Notes: generated by a model not told the origin, from the letters alone. A stretch of DNA of 64,000 nucleotides from Gemmatimonadales bacterium (GCA_965249575.1 OZ252244.1:1696001-1760000); one strand, 5' to 3'. Positions 11,313 through 21,631 are shown, numbered from the stretch's first letter. Program-made: numbers and translations.

Positions 11313-12526
11313 CCGCGACGCCACCAACGAATCCAGTGGTCTCTGGCGCCACGTCGCCGCGGCCCAACATCCAGCGTCTGCGCGCATCGGAGATCCGGGC
11401 GCTTGCGAACGCGGGCACGGGCCGAAAGGACCTGCTGGCGTTCTGGTACGGTGAGCCGGACGAAGTGACCCCTGAGTTCATACGGCGAGCCGGCGTCCAG
11501 GCGCTCGAGAATGGTGACACGTTCTACGCACCGAATTTAGGCGTCCCAGACCTCAGGGCGGCGTTAGCGCGCTACGTATCGAGACTGCGCCGGTCGACCA
11601 CGATCGACCAAGTCGCGGTTACCAGCTCGGGCATGTCGGCGCTCATGATCGCCACGCAAGCCCTGATCGGTGCGCGCGACCGCGTAGTGGTCGTGACGCC
11701 CGTTTGGCCGAACGTCGTCGAGCTTCCACGGATCATGGGCGCCGAGGTCGTGACGGTGCCGCTCACATTCAGCATGGACGGGTGGGATCTCGACCTGGAC
11801 CGGCTGCTCGACGCGCTCACGCCGGCGACCGTAGCCCTTCACATCAACTCGCCGAACAACCCCACGGGATGGACGATGAGCACCGAGGCGCGCGACGCGG
11901 TGCTCGCACACTGCCGGCGGCACGGCGTGTGGCTCATCGCCGACGATGTGTACGAGCGGCTGTACTACGGCAACGAGTCCGGGCTCTCCCCGTCCTTCCT
12001 GGACGTCGCCGAACCCGAGGAACGGGTAATAGTCGCCAACTCGTTTTCCAAGGCGTGGCTCATGACCGGTTGGCGGCTCGGATGGCTCGTTACGCCCCGG
12101 GCGTTGCTCCAGACGTTCGCCAACCTGATCGAGTACAGCACGTCCTGCGCGCCTGGATTCGTGCAGCGGGCCGGGTTGGTGGCGCTCGAGGAGGGCGAAC
12201 CAATCGTGGCTCGGACACGCGAGCGGTTTCGCCGCGCGCGCGATTTTCTCGTGGAAGGGTTGAACGGGATTGCGGGTGTGGAAGCTCCGGTACCGTCGGG
12301 TGCCATGTACGCCTTCTTCCCCGTGCCAGGAGCCGGACGGACGTTCGCGTTCTGCGAGGACCTCGTAAAGCACGAGAAGTTGGGACTGGCTCCCGGGAGC
12401 GCCTTTGGTCCGGAAGGTGAGGGGTTCGTCCGTTGGTGTTTCGCGGCCGACGAGGAACGGCTGGCGGAGGGGATCCAGCGACTGGGCCGCGGAGTCGAGA
12501 GGCTGAACCGCTCTACTGGTGCTTAG
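11309..12526 (+). CDS. PLP-dependent aminotransferase class I/II
   Basis: GEPD, NSPNNPTG, DDVY, and SFSKAWLMTGWRLG (PLP lysine). Confidence 0.9.
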   Translation: MTATPPTNPVVSGATSPRPNIQRLRASEIRALANAGTGRKDLLAFWYGEPDEVTPEFIRRAGVQALENGDTFYAPNLGVPDLRAALARYVSRLRRSTTIDQVAVTSSGMSALMIATQALIGARDRVVVVTPVWPNVVELPRIMGAEVVTVPLTFSMDGWDLDLDRLLDALTPATVALHINSPNNPTGWTMSTEARDAVLAHCRRHGVWLIADDVYERLYYGNESGLSPSFLDVAEPEERVIVANSFSKAWLMTGWRLGWLVTPRALLQTFANLIEYSTSCAPGFVQRAGLVALEEGEPIVARTRERFRRARDFLVEGLNGIAGVEAPVPSGAMYAFFPVPGAGRTFAFCEDLVKHEKLGLAPGSAFGPEGEGFVRWCFAADEERLAEGIQRLGRGVERLNRSTGA

Positions 12527-12696
12527 TACCCGCCTTCGCCGATCCAGTCAGTGATTGCATTCGGCCGCGCCGCTAGACGACGCGACGTCGTACGCCGGCT
12601 TTCGCGCGGCGGCGCTGTGTGTGGCAGTCGCCCGCTGGGCCGGCAGTGGGACAGCTCGCCCCACACAGCGGTTCGGAAAGAGCTGGGAACGCTTCG

Positions 12697-13161
12697 ATGC
12701 AGACGTTTGCCTCTGGTACCAGCTGGCTGCCCGCCTCGAGCCCGCACGGCGGAATCCTCTTCAAACGCTGGCCCTGGTCTCTCACGATCCACGGGTTCGC
12801 CAACCTCGTGTTCGCCGATGACACGGGCCCACGTGGAGACGCGGGATTTTCAGCGCGCTTGGGCCCGGGACGGGTCGAAGCCCGGGTCATGCTGTCGGCC
12901 GAGCCGACGATGGGACGAGACGGTTACCCGCTGCTGCTGCAGACCGGTGAGACGGCCGATGGAGTGAACCCGCTGGTAGACCGGCAGCACCCGTACGACT
13001 TGTTCATGGATGGTTACGTCTACGAGTTGCCGTTTGGGGGAGCAGTCGGGGTGGGCTTGGGAGTTTCAGGGAGGGTCCACTTGGTCCCTCGCGACCTCGA
13101 ACCGATCTACGGCGCGATCCCCAGCAGCTATTTGCTATTCACGCATTTCAGGCTTCGGTGA
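12697..13161 (+). pseudogene. Internally deleted remnant of a conserved hypothetical (outer-membrane-like) protein
   Basis: Family-like blocks SGTSWLPASSP, LLQTGETADG and DRQHPYDLFM are joined directly to a C-terminal block (..LEPIYG..FRLR). It lacks a signal peptide and is much shorter than I recall for homologs. Confidence 0.55.
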
Positions 13162-13540
13162 CCGGCCCTCCCTGGATTGCTCAGTCCGTCAGACAAGCGC
13201 TCAACCGTCGCACGGGCACGACGAACCCGAATCGCCCGATTCCTCGGGCAGGGGCTCCCCACACGCCGGGCACTCTCGTCCGTCGGAACCAGCACCCGAC
13301 TCGCCACCATCGGACTCCGGAGCCTCGTAGGGCACCCCCCGCACATTGCAGCGGCGGCGCCAATGGCGGCCCGTTGTTCCACGGTACATCGATACACCTC
13401 CTACTTCTTCTTACCTCCAGGCCTGGGCCCGTTCCTAAGCGTGGCAAGGACCGAGCCACGCCACCGCGTAGCGCCCGAGGCCCGCGCGACGTACAGTACA
13501 GGGTGACAGAGACTCAAGGAGTTTAGCGACAGGAGGTTAC

Positions 13541-13927
13541 ATGATGTCCCAGAAAGACGGGGTGGTGCGTCCGGCAGCGCGAATACCGCTCAAAGAGGTG
13601 CCGGCCGGTGTGAAGACCAAAATGCAGGTCTTGGTCGGTCCGGAAGAGGGAGCACCCAACTTCGCGATGCGCCGGTTCGTCATGGGAAAAGGCGGGGGGA
13701 TTCCAAAACACACCAACCGCGTGGAGCACGAGCAGTATGTCCTGCGCGGGCGCGCCCGCATCACGATCGGGTCCACGGTTCATGAGGTCGGTCCGAACGA
13801 CACCCTCTACATTCCTGCTGGGACTCCGCACTCGTACGACGTGGTCGATGGTCCCTTCGAGTTTGTATGCGTCGTGCCCAACGCTCCTGATGAAATTCGG
13901 ATGGTAGAAGACGAGGGAACCTGCTGA
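13541..13927 (+). CDS. Cupin domain protein
   Basis: RBS AGGAGG. Cupin motifs HTNRVEHEQY and YIPAGTPHSY. Confidence 0.85.
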   Translation: MMSQKDGVVRPAARIPLKEVPAGVKTKMQVLVGPEEGAPNFAMRRFVMGKGGGIPKHTNRVEHEQYVLRGRARITIGSTVHEVGPNDTLYIPAGTPHSYDVVDGPFEFVCVVPNAPDEIRMVEDEGTC

Positions 13928-13964
13928 GCCGACCGAATCAGCCAGCTTCACCCAGGCGCCGACC

Positions 13965-15278
13965 CTACCCATTCACAGAGAAGCTGCTGTCGGGGTTGAT
14001 CTCCCTGAGCCTCGAAAAGAATCCCACGTTGAGCTCAAGGCCCTTGTTCGCGGTGGTGATGTGGAGCGGATCACGGTCGTGATCCCGCCCTGCCTCGCAG
14101 GCCTCGATCAGCCCTGCCATGATGTGACCCACGCCCGGAGCGTTCTTGAATTCATGACCGCTCGTGCCGATGGCCATGTAGAATCCGTCGAGATCGGACT
14201 TGTCGTAAATCGGAAGCCAGTCGTCCGACACGTCGTACAGGTCCACCACGCCCTTGGGCCGGCTGGGTATTCGCAACCTCGGGATGCGGCGCGCGAGGCG
14301 ATACACCTGGGCTTTCCACTGCTCTTCCGTCACCTCCCTGTCGAACACGTCCGGATCGGCAACCCAGTGTTTTGAATCGCACGCCGGGTCCTGGCTCCCG
14401 ACGAGAATGTTGTTCCCTGCCTCGGGACGGAAGTAGACACCGGTGTCGCCGTCGGACGTATGATGCCCGCGGTTCAGAAAATCGAACCCGTCGGGGGGGG
14501 GCACGTGGTGGACTTCATGCCTCAGCGCACGGGTCTTGACGTTCATTCCCCGCTCGACCCCCGCCATCCGGTTGATGACGAAGGAGTGCGGGCCCGCGAT
14601 GTTCACGACGACCGGCGCGTCGATGCGGCATCCGTCGGACAACGCCACGCCCCGCACCCGGCCGCCGTCGCTCCGAATCTCCACGACTCTCGCTCCGAAT
14701 TGGAACGTCGCCCCGCGGGCCTCCGCTGCCGCTTGCACGTTCTGGGTCGCCAAGCGAGGGTCGCTGACGTAACCCGAACCCGGTGTGAAGATCGCGCCGC
14801 TGATGTGACTGTCGGAGTCCTGCCAGAACGAATGACCCGAGTCTTCGATGGGGCCCGGGGGGAAGTACGATTTGGTCGAGTAGAGGGGCGCACGCTCCCG
14901 CAAGGTCGTGAGGTCCCACTCTTCGTGCTCCACCCCAATATCCCGGTAGTGCTGCAGGATCTTCTCCCATCTGTGACCCTGTGTCTTGAGCAGAATCGTC
15001 CCGCAGTTGACGAACAGGGCAAGACCTCGGGGGTCGGCGAGCCCGAGGTAACGTCCCCAGTTCTTCCAGTACGAGAAATTGTCGTACGCCAGGGCCACTC
15101 CTTCGTAGGTGGAGTAGTGGGCTCGGATGTTTGCGCAGGAGTTGATCGTCGACCCGGAACCGGCTTCAGCCAGCTTGTCGACATTGAGCGTGCGGTATCC
15201 CCTCTTGCTCAGCTCGAAGGCCGTGGTGCAGCCGATGATCCCCGCACCGATGATGACCACGTCTGCCTGTCTCGTCAT
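13965..15278 (-). CDS. FAD-dependent oxidoreductase (DAO/sarcosine oxidase-like)
   Basis: GAGIIG dinucleotide fold, GSGST, and C-terminal GTSGHEFKNAP. Confidence 0.85.
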   Translation of the reverse strand: MTRQADVVIIGAGIIGCTTAFELSKRGYRTLNVDKLAEAGSGSTINSCANIRAHYSTYEGVALAYDNFSYWKNWGRYLGLADPRGLALFVNCGTILLKTQGHRWEKILQHYRDIGVEHEEWDLTTLRERAPLYSTKSYFPPGPIEDSGHSFWQDSDSHISGAIFTPGSGYVSDPRLATQNVQAAAEARGATFQFGARVVEIRSDGGRVRGVALSDGCRIDAPVVVNIAGPHSFVINRMAGVERGMNVKTRALRHEVHHVPPPDGFDFLNRGHHTSDGDTGVYFRPEAGNNILVGSQDPACDSKHWVADPDVFDREVTEEQWKAQVYRLARRIPRLRIPSRPKGVVDLYDVSDDWLPIYDKSDLDGFYMAIGTSGHEFKNAPGVGHIMAGLIEACEAGRDHDRDPLHITTANKGLELNVGFFSRLREINPDSSFSVNG

Positions 15279-15344
15279 GTCTGGCACCCGAGAGGATGTG
15301 GCTAGGTGATACTAAACGCGCGTCCTTGAACTAGTGAGGGTATG

Positions 15345-15375
15345 AAAAGCACCGGCCCGCCGGAGGCGGGCCGTT
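15345..15375 (-). terminator. Rho-independent terminator after rpsU
   Basis: Stem CGGCCCGC/GCGGGCCG followed on the minus strand by GCTTTT, just after the rpsU stop. Confidence 0.65.
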
Positions 15376-15396
15376 GGGTCGCGTGAGCGCCGGGCT

Positions 15397-15600
15397 CTAT
15401 GAGCTCCGTCGACGGCTGGGCTTCTTGGGTCGGCGGCGCCTCGCGGCGGTCTCCGCCTTCAGCCGCTTGGCGGTGCTGGGCTTGACGTAGAAGCGCTTCT
15501 TCTTGAGCTCACGCAGGACGCCGGAGCGCTGCACTTTTCTCCTGAAGTGCTTAATAGCCCAATCCAGCCGATCGGCCTCTCCCAAGATGATCTCCGTCAT
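15397..15600 (-). CDS. rpsU: 30S ribosomal protein S21
   Basis: MTEIILGEADRLDWAIKHFRRKVQRSGVLRELKKKRFYVKPS matches the bS21 pattern. Confidence 0.9.
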   Translation of the reverse strand: MTEIILGEADRLDWAIKHFRRKVQRSGVLRELKKKRFYVKPSTAKRLKAETAARRRRPKKPSRRRSS

Positions 15601-15695
15601 CGTGCCCGCCGTTCCTAGTGAGAATGAAGCAGACGGGCCCCGCCGGCATACACCGGACGAGGCCCCGCTACGCATCGCCTCCGGAGAGGCGGTGT

Positions 15696-15908
15696 TTAGG
15701 CGTCGAGCTTGCTAACGTTCTCAGCCGCCGGACCCTTTTGGCCCTGTACGACGTCGAACTCTACCTGCTGGCCCTCGCGCAAGGTCTTGAAGCCCTCGCC
15801 CTGGATCGCCGAATGATGCACGAAGCAATCTTTCTCGCCGTCCTCACGGGTGATGAAGCCAAAGCCCTTGCTGTCATTGAACCACTTCACGGTGCCCTTG
15901 GTACGCAT
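15696..15908 (-). CDS. cspA: Cold-shock protein
   Basis: [16 protein letters not shown] (RNP1) and CFVHHSAI (RNP2). RBS AAGGGAG. Confidence 0.95.
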   Translation of the reverse strand: MRTKGTVKWFNDSKGFGFITREDGEKDCFVHHSAIQGEGFKTLREGQQVEFDVVQGQKGPAAENVSKLDA

Positions 15909-16150
15909 TTCCGTACTCCCTTAGGTTTGTTGATGTTCGTCGGAGTGCGGACGTGCCGTACGTACCGATCGCTCATCAGCTGTTCGCGGTGTTCGCCCCC
16001 GCGTGGGCTGCCGCCGGACAATCCTGAGAAGGTTCCCCGGACGGCGCGAAATCCGTAACGAAAAAAGGGACCGGCGGCGTGCCAGATCCCCTTTTCAGCG
16101 TTCTCCGGTATTTGCGGCGCGCTGCGTAGCGCGCATTTCACACCTGGCCC

Positions 16151-16178
16151 AATGTAACGATCAGCTGGTCATCGCGAA
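16151..16178 (-). promoter_or_regulatory. Possible sigma70 promoter of cspA-rpsU
   Basis: Minus-strand TTCGCG-N16-TACATT, which would give a long (~235 nt) leader as is typical of csp genes. Confidence 0.35.
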
Positions 16179-16199
16179 AGGGCCAAGTAAATTGGGGTA

Positions 16200-16511
16200 A
16201 TGACCTACTGGCTTGTGGTCGCCTCACCGGTCGAGGACCGGTTGCCCCAGCTCGAGCGCCGGCTCAACGAGGATGAGTTCTCCGATCTTCGGCCCTTCGG
16301 GAGCTCGCTCACCCTGGGCTTGAGGGGCGCCCGCCGCCGGCCCGACGGAAAGGCCGTCTGGGAGGAAGAGGATTACTGCATCCCACCCCTCGCTCAGGAG
16401 CGCGAGGCCGTGCTGGATGAATATTTCACCGACATCCAGGTGGATGCGGTCGAGCTGGGCGATGGCTGGCGCGCGATCGCCGATCTCCCCAAGCTCTTTC
16501 CGTCTCCGTAG
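16200..16511 (+). CDS. Conserved-looking hypothetical protein
   Basis: Good GC3 codon pattern, motif WEEEDYCIPPLAQEREAVLDEYF, fills the gap between genes. Confidence 0.7.
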   Translation: MTYWLVVASPVEDRLPQLERRLNEDEFSDLRPFGSSLTLGLRGARRRPDGKAVWEEEDYCIPPLAQEREAVLDEYFTDIQVDAVELGDGWRAIADLPKLFPSP

Positions 16512-16579
16512 TTCCTCCGGACTCTCGGCGGGATCCCACGACCGCCTGCCGGACCCGGGGCCGGGTGCCTCGACACCCC

Positions 16580-18169
16580 TCAGCGATCGCTCTCCGAGGA
16601 GCTGCGCGCCGGCGACCTGCAGGGCGGCCATTCCAAGTCTGTAGGCATCGCACGCTGGGCTCTCGACATCCGCTCGGGATCTTCCGACGCCCGGTAGACA
16701 AGCATCGCGGTGACCAACGCATCGTACCGCAGGTCGTCGAAGACGATCTTGTCGAACGTGTCGCGGTTGGTATGCCAGGTATAGTCTCTCGTATCCCATC
16801 GATTCGTGCTGCTCGGGGCGCCTTCCATCCGACCGTCACCCACGTGGAAGCTGAAGGCGGGGACGCCCCAACAGAGGAAGGCCGCGTGATCTGTCCCTCC
16901 GCGGTCCGGCAGCGTCGAGATCTTGAGCCTGACCAGGCTCTCCAGCTCGCCCGGAACGTGAGCCAACCAGCGGGCGAAGTGCGGCCCGCCCGCCTGGAAT
17001 CCCTGCATTGGAATGTTCGTGACCGGACCGGTTCCATGATCGACGTTGAAGACCACGTGGGTGTTCGCGAGGATCTCCGGATGGTCCGCCGCAAAGGCCC
17101 GTGAACCGTTCAGGCCCTGCTCTTCACCATTCCAGAGCGCGGCGAGGATGGTGCGCCGCGGGCGCGGGAGCACGCGACCGAGAATGCGCATCGCTTCCAT
17201 GAGCACCACCGAGCCGGTCCCGTTGTCTAGTGCGCCCGAGGACCCATCCCAGGAGTCGTAGTGAGCCGAGATCAGGATGTATTCGTCTGCTCGCGTGGTC
17301 CCTGGGATCTCGGCGAGGGCGTTGTAAACCGGAACTTCGCCCAGGGAACGAGATTCGACATTGATCCGTAATACAGGTCCCTGCCGGTTCTGCACCATGC
17401 GGTACACCAAGCCGTAGTCCTCACAGCTCAGATCCACGACGGGAGCGCGCTCGGCTCGGGTACCGAAGATCTTGTTCACTCCCCACCCCTCCGACCACAG
17501 AGAGGAGATGACCCCGGCGGCGCCCGCTGCGTCAAGAAGCTGGGGCAGCTCCCTCGCCCCAACCCCGGTGTTGGCCACCCGCCCTTCCCAGGCTTCGACG
17601 GCCTCCGCCCGCTCCGCCAGCACTCGCTCGAGGGTCTCAGACCTGGCAAACCACTCCCAGTTGTCGCGCGGCCGGCAGCTCGTCTCGGGACGTGAAATCA
17701 GCACGAACTTCCCGCGCACGGCGGGTAGCCAGGCCTGGAAGGCCTCGGGACTCGCGGCGTCGGCCAGAATCAACACCTCCGCCTCCACCGGTCCGGCAGT
17801 TGGGGCGCTCCACGCGAGGGACATGCCTTCGAGTGAGCGAACCCGCGGCTCGAGCATGTCGATGTGGCTGATGCCGCGGTCCCACCCGCGCCAGGTACCG
17901 TACTGTTCCTTGCGGGCCGACATGCCCCACTCAGCGAATTTGGCGACCGCCCAATCGTTCGCGCGCGCCATCGTCGGCGACCCGGTGAGCCGCGGACCGA
18001 TCGAGTCCATCATCACTTGCGCTAGCGAGTACAACTGGGACTGATCGGTACCCTCGGCCCAGATCGCCCGTATCACCGGATCGTCCGAGGGAAACGACTG
18101 TGCGGCAGCCGGCGTGGCGGGAAAGCCCGCCAGCGAGCACGCGAGCGCGAGACGAAACGAGTGGCTCAT
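16580..18169 (-). CDS. M28 family metallopeptidase (carboxypeptidase Q-like), secreted
   Basis: Signal (..AAA|QS), IGPRLTGS, Zn ligands SAHYDSWD, DNGTG, GEEQG and WHT. Confidence 0.88.
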   Translation of the reverse strand: MSHSFRLALACSLAGFPATPAAAQSFPSDDPVIRAIWAEGTDQSQLYSLAQVMMDSIGPRLTGSPTMARANDWAVAKFAEWGMSARKEQYGTWRGWDRGISHIDMLEPRVRSLEGMSLAWSAPTAGPVEAEVLILADAASPEAFQAWLPAVRGKFVLISRPETSCRPRDNWEWFARSETLERVLAERAEAVEAWEGRVANTGVGARELPQLLDAAGAAGVISSLWSEGWGVNKIFGTRAERAPVVDLSCEDYGLVYRMVQNRQGPVLRINVESRSLGEVPVYNALAEIPGTTRADEYILISAHYDSWDGSSGALDNGTGSVVLMEAMRILGRVLPRPRRTILAALWNGEEQGLNGSRAFAADHPEILANTHVVFNVDHGTGPVTNIPMQGFQAGGPHFARWLAHVPGELESLVRLKISTLPDRGGTDHAAFLCWGVPAFSFHVGDGRMEGAPSSTNRWDTRDYTWHTNRDTFDKIVFDDLRYDALVTAMLVYRASEDPERMSRAQRAMPTDLEWPPCRSPARSSSESDR

Positions 18170-18376
18170 TGGTTGCTCCGCGAGAACGTGAACCCACTTT
18201 ACCCAGCACCGCGACGCCCGCACGGAAACTACCGGCCGCCCCGCGGCTCGGGTACCTCTGCACCATCGGCCTTGCCGGCATCGGGAACGGGACGCAGGCT
18301 TAGCGTGCGATGCGGCTCGCGCCTCCGGCGCGGAACGAGCCGACGCCAAACCAGCCCCACTTTGGAGAAGACTTCG

Positions 18377-19798
18377 ATGACCGCAAAGCCCGACACCCTC
18401 ACGCGAATCTGCCTGAGCGCAGGAACGCTGGTCGTTCTGCTCGCGGGCGGTCACGCCAACGCACAGCACCCGCCGGGACTCCAGGGAAGCTCGAACGTCA
18501 CGATCCTCTCGCACATCCCACTCGGCGGGCCATTCAGTGGCGGCGACGTCGAGATCGAGCAGGAGCTGGCTCGTCCGTTCGCTTACATGTCGCGCATGAC
18601 GGACAAAGGGACCGACATGATCGACCTGCGGGAGCCGACGAGGGCGAAGGTGATCTACACCTGGCGTGTCGAGGACGCCGAGCTGCACCAGGGCGCGGGG
18701 GCCATGGACAACAAGTACTTCAAGCTGCGGGGCAGGTATTACGACGTACAATCTCTTCAGTTCGGCCGGAGCGGCCCAAACGCGGATCTCGGGGCGGTGG
18801 TATTCGACGTCACGTCGCTTCCCGACGCGGCCGGCGTGAGTGAGGTGGGCCGCATACGCCTTCCGGAGACCCCTGGGGGGGTCCACAACATCTTCATGTA
18901 CAAGCACTCCGACGGCCGCGCCCTGTTGTTCGCAACCATCGCGGCCCAAATGAGCACTCCACACGGCGCAAACATTTACGACATGGAGAAGTTTCTAGCC
19001 GGTGACCCGGTGCACGGGTTGGTCGGACGGATGCCGCTACCCGAGCCTCGCGGGGCGCCGGGTGGGTACCATGACATGTACGTGGCCTATGATCCCGCGA
19101 CGCGACAAGACCGGTTCTATGGCGGAGGCCCCGAGGTCACTATGAAGGGTGGCTACTACGTCTACGACATCACCCATATCGACGAGCCGCGCTTGATCAC
19201 GTCGGTGGTCGGCGCGGCGGGCCAGACAGGGGCCCACACGTTCGTCGCCACTCCCGACGGACGGTACGCGCTCACCGCCTCGCCGGTCGAAGAGTCTCCG
19301 ATCCGAGTGTTCGACTTGAAGCCCGGGCTCGATGGCGAGGTAACGAACATCACGAGGCCCATCGGCGCTTGGGCCGCCGATTGGAAGAACCTCTCCCACA
19401 ACGCCGAGATTCGCTGGCCGTACGTGTTCTTCTCGTCGTATGAAGACGGTTTCCAGGTCATCAACATGATGGATCCCACGAACCCGTACACCGTGGGCTA
19501 CTACGACACGTTCGACGGTCCCCATCGGATCCAGGGCTGGGGCGCGGGCCGGAACTCCCGAGGGACCAATGTCGGCACGGTGTTCAACGGCGGGTTCGGC
19601 GTCGACGTGCGAAACGCGGACGGTCTCATCGTAGTCGGTGACATGCGCACGGGCTTTTGGGCGCTCAAGCTCGACGGGTTCGACGGGTGGAATGGTCATT
19701 CGTGGGGAATGCCGAACGTCTCGAGCGCGCAGGACTGGGACAACGGACCGACGGGCGCGCGGGGGCGGGCGAGGGTGAGCATGGGGTCGGACAGCTGA
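18377..19798 (+). CDS. Secreted LVIVD-like beta-propeller protein, paralog 3
   Basis: ATG after GGAGAA. Signal (..ANA|QHPPG). Motifs GGVHN, GYHD, GAHT, SHN and the same C-terminal signature. Confidence 0.75.
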   Translation: MTAKPDTLTRICLSAGTLVVLLAGGHANAQHPPGLQGSSNVTILSHIPLGGPFSGGDVEIEQELARPFAYMSRMTDKGTDMIDLREPTRAKVIYTWRVEDAELHQGAGAMDNKYFKLRGRYYDVQSLQFGRSGPNADLGAVVFDVTSLPDAAGVSEVGRIRLPETPGGVHNIFMYKHSDGRALLFATIAAQMSTPHGANIYDMEKFLAGDPVHGLVGRMPLPEPRGAPGGYHDMYVAYDPATRQDRFYGGGPEVTMKGGYYVYDITHIDEPRLITSVVGAAGQTGAHTFVATPDGRYALTASPVEESPIRVFDLKPGLDGEVTNITRPIGAWAADWKNLSHNAEIRWPYVFFSSYEDGFQVINMMDPTNPYTVGYYDTFDGPHRIQGWGAGRNSRGTNVGTVFNGGFGVDVRNADGLIVVGDMRTGFWALKLDGFDGWNGHSWGMPNVSSAQDWDNGPTGARGRARVSMGSDS

Positions 19799-19801
19799 GG
19801 G

Positions 19802-21631
19802 CTAGGGGGAGCCCAACCCACCATCGAAGAACCTCGGGCCGGTCGGCCTGCTGTCGAGGTCTCCCGCGCGCGCTTGTTTTTCGAGCAGCGTTCCCGCCAC
19901 CGCGGCTTCTACCGGCCTGCCAAACAAGAACCCTTGCGCGCGGTCGCAGCCCAGGGCCCTGAGCCTTTCCTTTTGCTGCTCGGTCTCGACGCCCTCGGCC
20001 ACCACGATTACCTCCATGCCGCGCGCGAGGGCGATGATCATGTCAACGATCGCCCAGGCATCCTCGACGTCGGCACCGGACACGAAGGCGCGATCGATCT
20101 TGAGCGTATCCACTTGGAACCGTCGCAGATAGCTGAGCGACGAGTACCCGGTGCCGAAGTCGTCGATGGCGACCCCGATGCCCGCGTCGCGGAGGGCACG
20201 CACCACGCCGACCTGCGTGTCAGCATCTTCCATGAGCAGCGTCTCGGTTATCTCGACCTTCAATGCGGACGGTGGAAGCCCGGACTGCTTGAGCGCGTCG
20301 AGGACTTCGTCAACGACGTCCTCACGCCGTAGATGCCGGGCCGACATGTTCACATTGACGCACAGATCCGGAATGCCCGCATAGCGTTCGCGCCACGCCA
20401 CCATGGTCGCGCACGCCATTCGCATTACTTCCCGCCCGATGGGCACGATCAGGCCCGTTTCTTCGGCGACGGGGATGAACTCGTTGGGACCAACGATCCC
20501 GCGCTCCGAGTGATTCCACCGCACCAGCGCCTCGAAGCCGCAAATCGCCTCGGTTGGGAGATCCACGATCGGCTGGTAGAGCACGCGGAATTCCGATCGG
20601 TCGACCGCCAGGCGGAGGTCCGTCTCGAGCCGCAGTCGCTGTGTCGCGCGCTGGTGAACCGCCTGATCGAAGATCGCGTAGTTCCCCTCACGCTGCGCCC
20701 GCGCCCGGTTCATCGCGGCCGCGGCGTCGGCCACGTACTGCTCGGCGGACGAGTATCGCGCATCGCTCAGGACGATTCCGATGCTGGGGTTCACGTAGAG
20801 CGAGCGACCCGCCACCTCGAAGGCCGCTTCGAACTCCTTGAGGATACGCTGAGCGACCTGCGCGCTTCCCCGCTCGCCTTCCAGATCGTCCAACAACAGG
20901 GCGAATTCGTCGCCCGCGATACGCGCCACTACGTCGCTCGGGCGTACGCAGGCAACCAACCGGTCAGCCACTCCAACGAGGAGCCGGTCCCCCACCTCGT
21001 GGCCCAGGCTCTCGTTGATGAGATTGAAGCGATCGAGATCGACGTAGAGGACCGCGAACTGCCGATTCGTATGCCGTTTCCGGCGCTCCACGACCCGCTG
21101 TACGAGCTGGAGGAAGAACCCGCGGCTCGCCAGGCCCGTGAGCGAATCCCGCAGCGCCTCCCGCTCCTCTTGCTCCTGCTGCTGTTTTTGATCGCTGATG
21201 TTCTCGCAGATCGTGATCAAGCCCTGCATGGCCCCCGCATCGTCGTAGAGCACGTTGGACGTGAGGTGCACCGGGAAGGTCTCGCCGTTCTTCCGCTTGT
21301 TGAGGGTCTCCCGCCGCCACATCTGCCGGTCGGAGAGGTCAGATGCGGCCAACGTCCGGCGCGCGCTCGGAGCCCCCAGCACGTGTGAGGGCTGCCCCAC
21401 AAGCTCGCCCGCGCCGTATCCGTGCATCCCCTCGAGGGCAGGATTGGCGTAGGCAATTCCACCCGACGAATCGCTGATCGTCACGCCGAACTGCATGCGG
21501 TCGAGGGCCTGCCTTACCAGGCCCTCCGGCACCGGCGGCCCTCGGCGTGCTGTCCGCAGGCGGACCGCGAGTAGCGCTCCGATGAGAGTGCCCAGGGCGA
21601 AGAGCGCGATGGCGAGGAGAGCTGTGGTCAA
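19802..21631 (-). CDS. TM-PAS-GGDEF-EAL c-di-GMP signalling protein
   Basis: N-terminal TM, PAS (YANPA..GELVG), RPSD I-site with AGDEF, and FEAL..DDFGTGYSS..KID..EGVE. Confidence 0.92.
   Translation of the reverse strand: MTTALLAIALFALGTLIGALLAVRLRTARRGPPVPEGLVRQALDRMQFGVTISDSSGGIAYANPALEGMHGYGAGELVGQPSHVLGAPSARRTLAASDLSDRQMWRRETLNKRKNGETFPVHLTSNVLYDDAGAMQGLITICENISDQKQQQEQEEREALRDSLTGLASRGFFLQLVQRVVERRKRHTNRQFAVLYVDLDRFNLINESLGHEVGDRLLVGVADRLVACVRPSDVVARIAGDEFALLLDDLEGERGSAQVAQRILKEFEAAFEVAGRSLYVNPSIGIVLSDARYSSAEQYVADAAAAMNRARAQREGNYAIFDQAVHQRATQRLRLETDLRLAVDRSEFRVLYQPIVDLPTEAICGFEALVRWNHSERGIVGPNEFIPVAEETGLIVPIGREVMRMACATMVAWRERYAGIPDLCVNVNMSARHLRREDVVDEVLDALKQSGLPPSALKVEITETLLMEDADTQVGVVRALRDAGIGVAIDDFGTGYSSLSYLRRFQVDTLKIDRAFVSGADVEDAWAIVDMIIALARGMEVIVVAEGVETEQQKERLRALGCDRAQGFLFGRPVEAAVAGTLLEKQARAGDLDSRPTGPRFFDGGLGSP

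Noticed and set aside
18170..18964. N-terminal 265-aa extension of the M28 peptidase ORF
   Set aside because: It is antisense to propeller paralog 3, and the signal peptide begins at the ATG at 18169.
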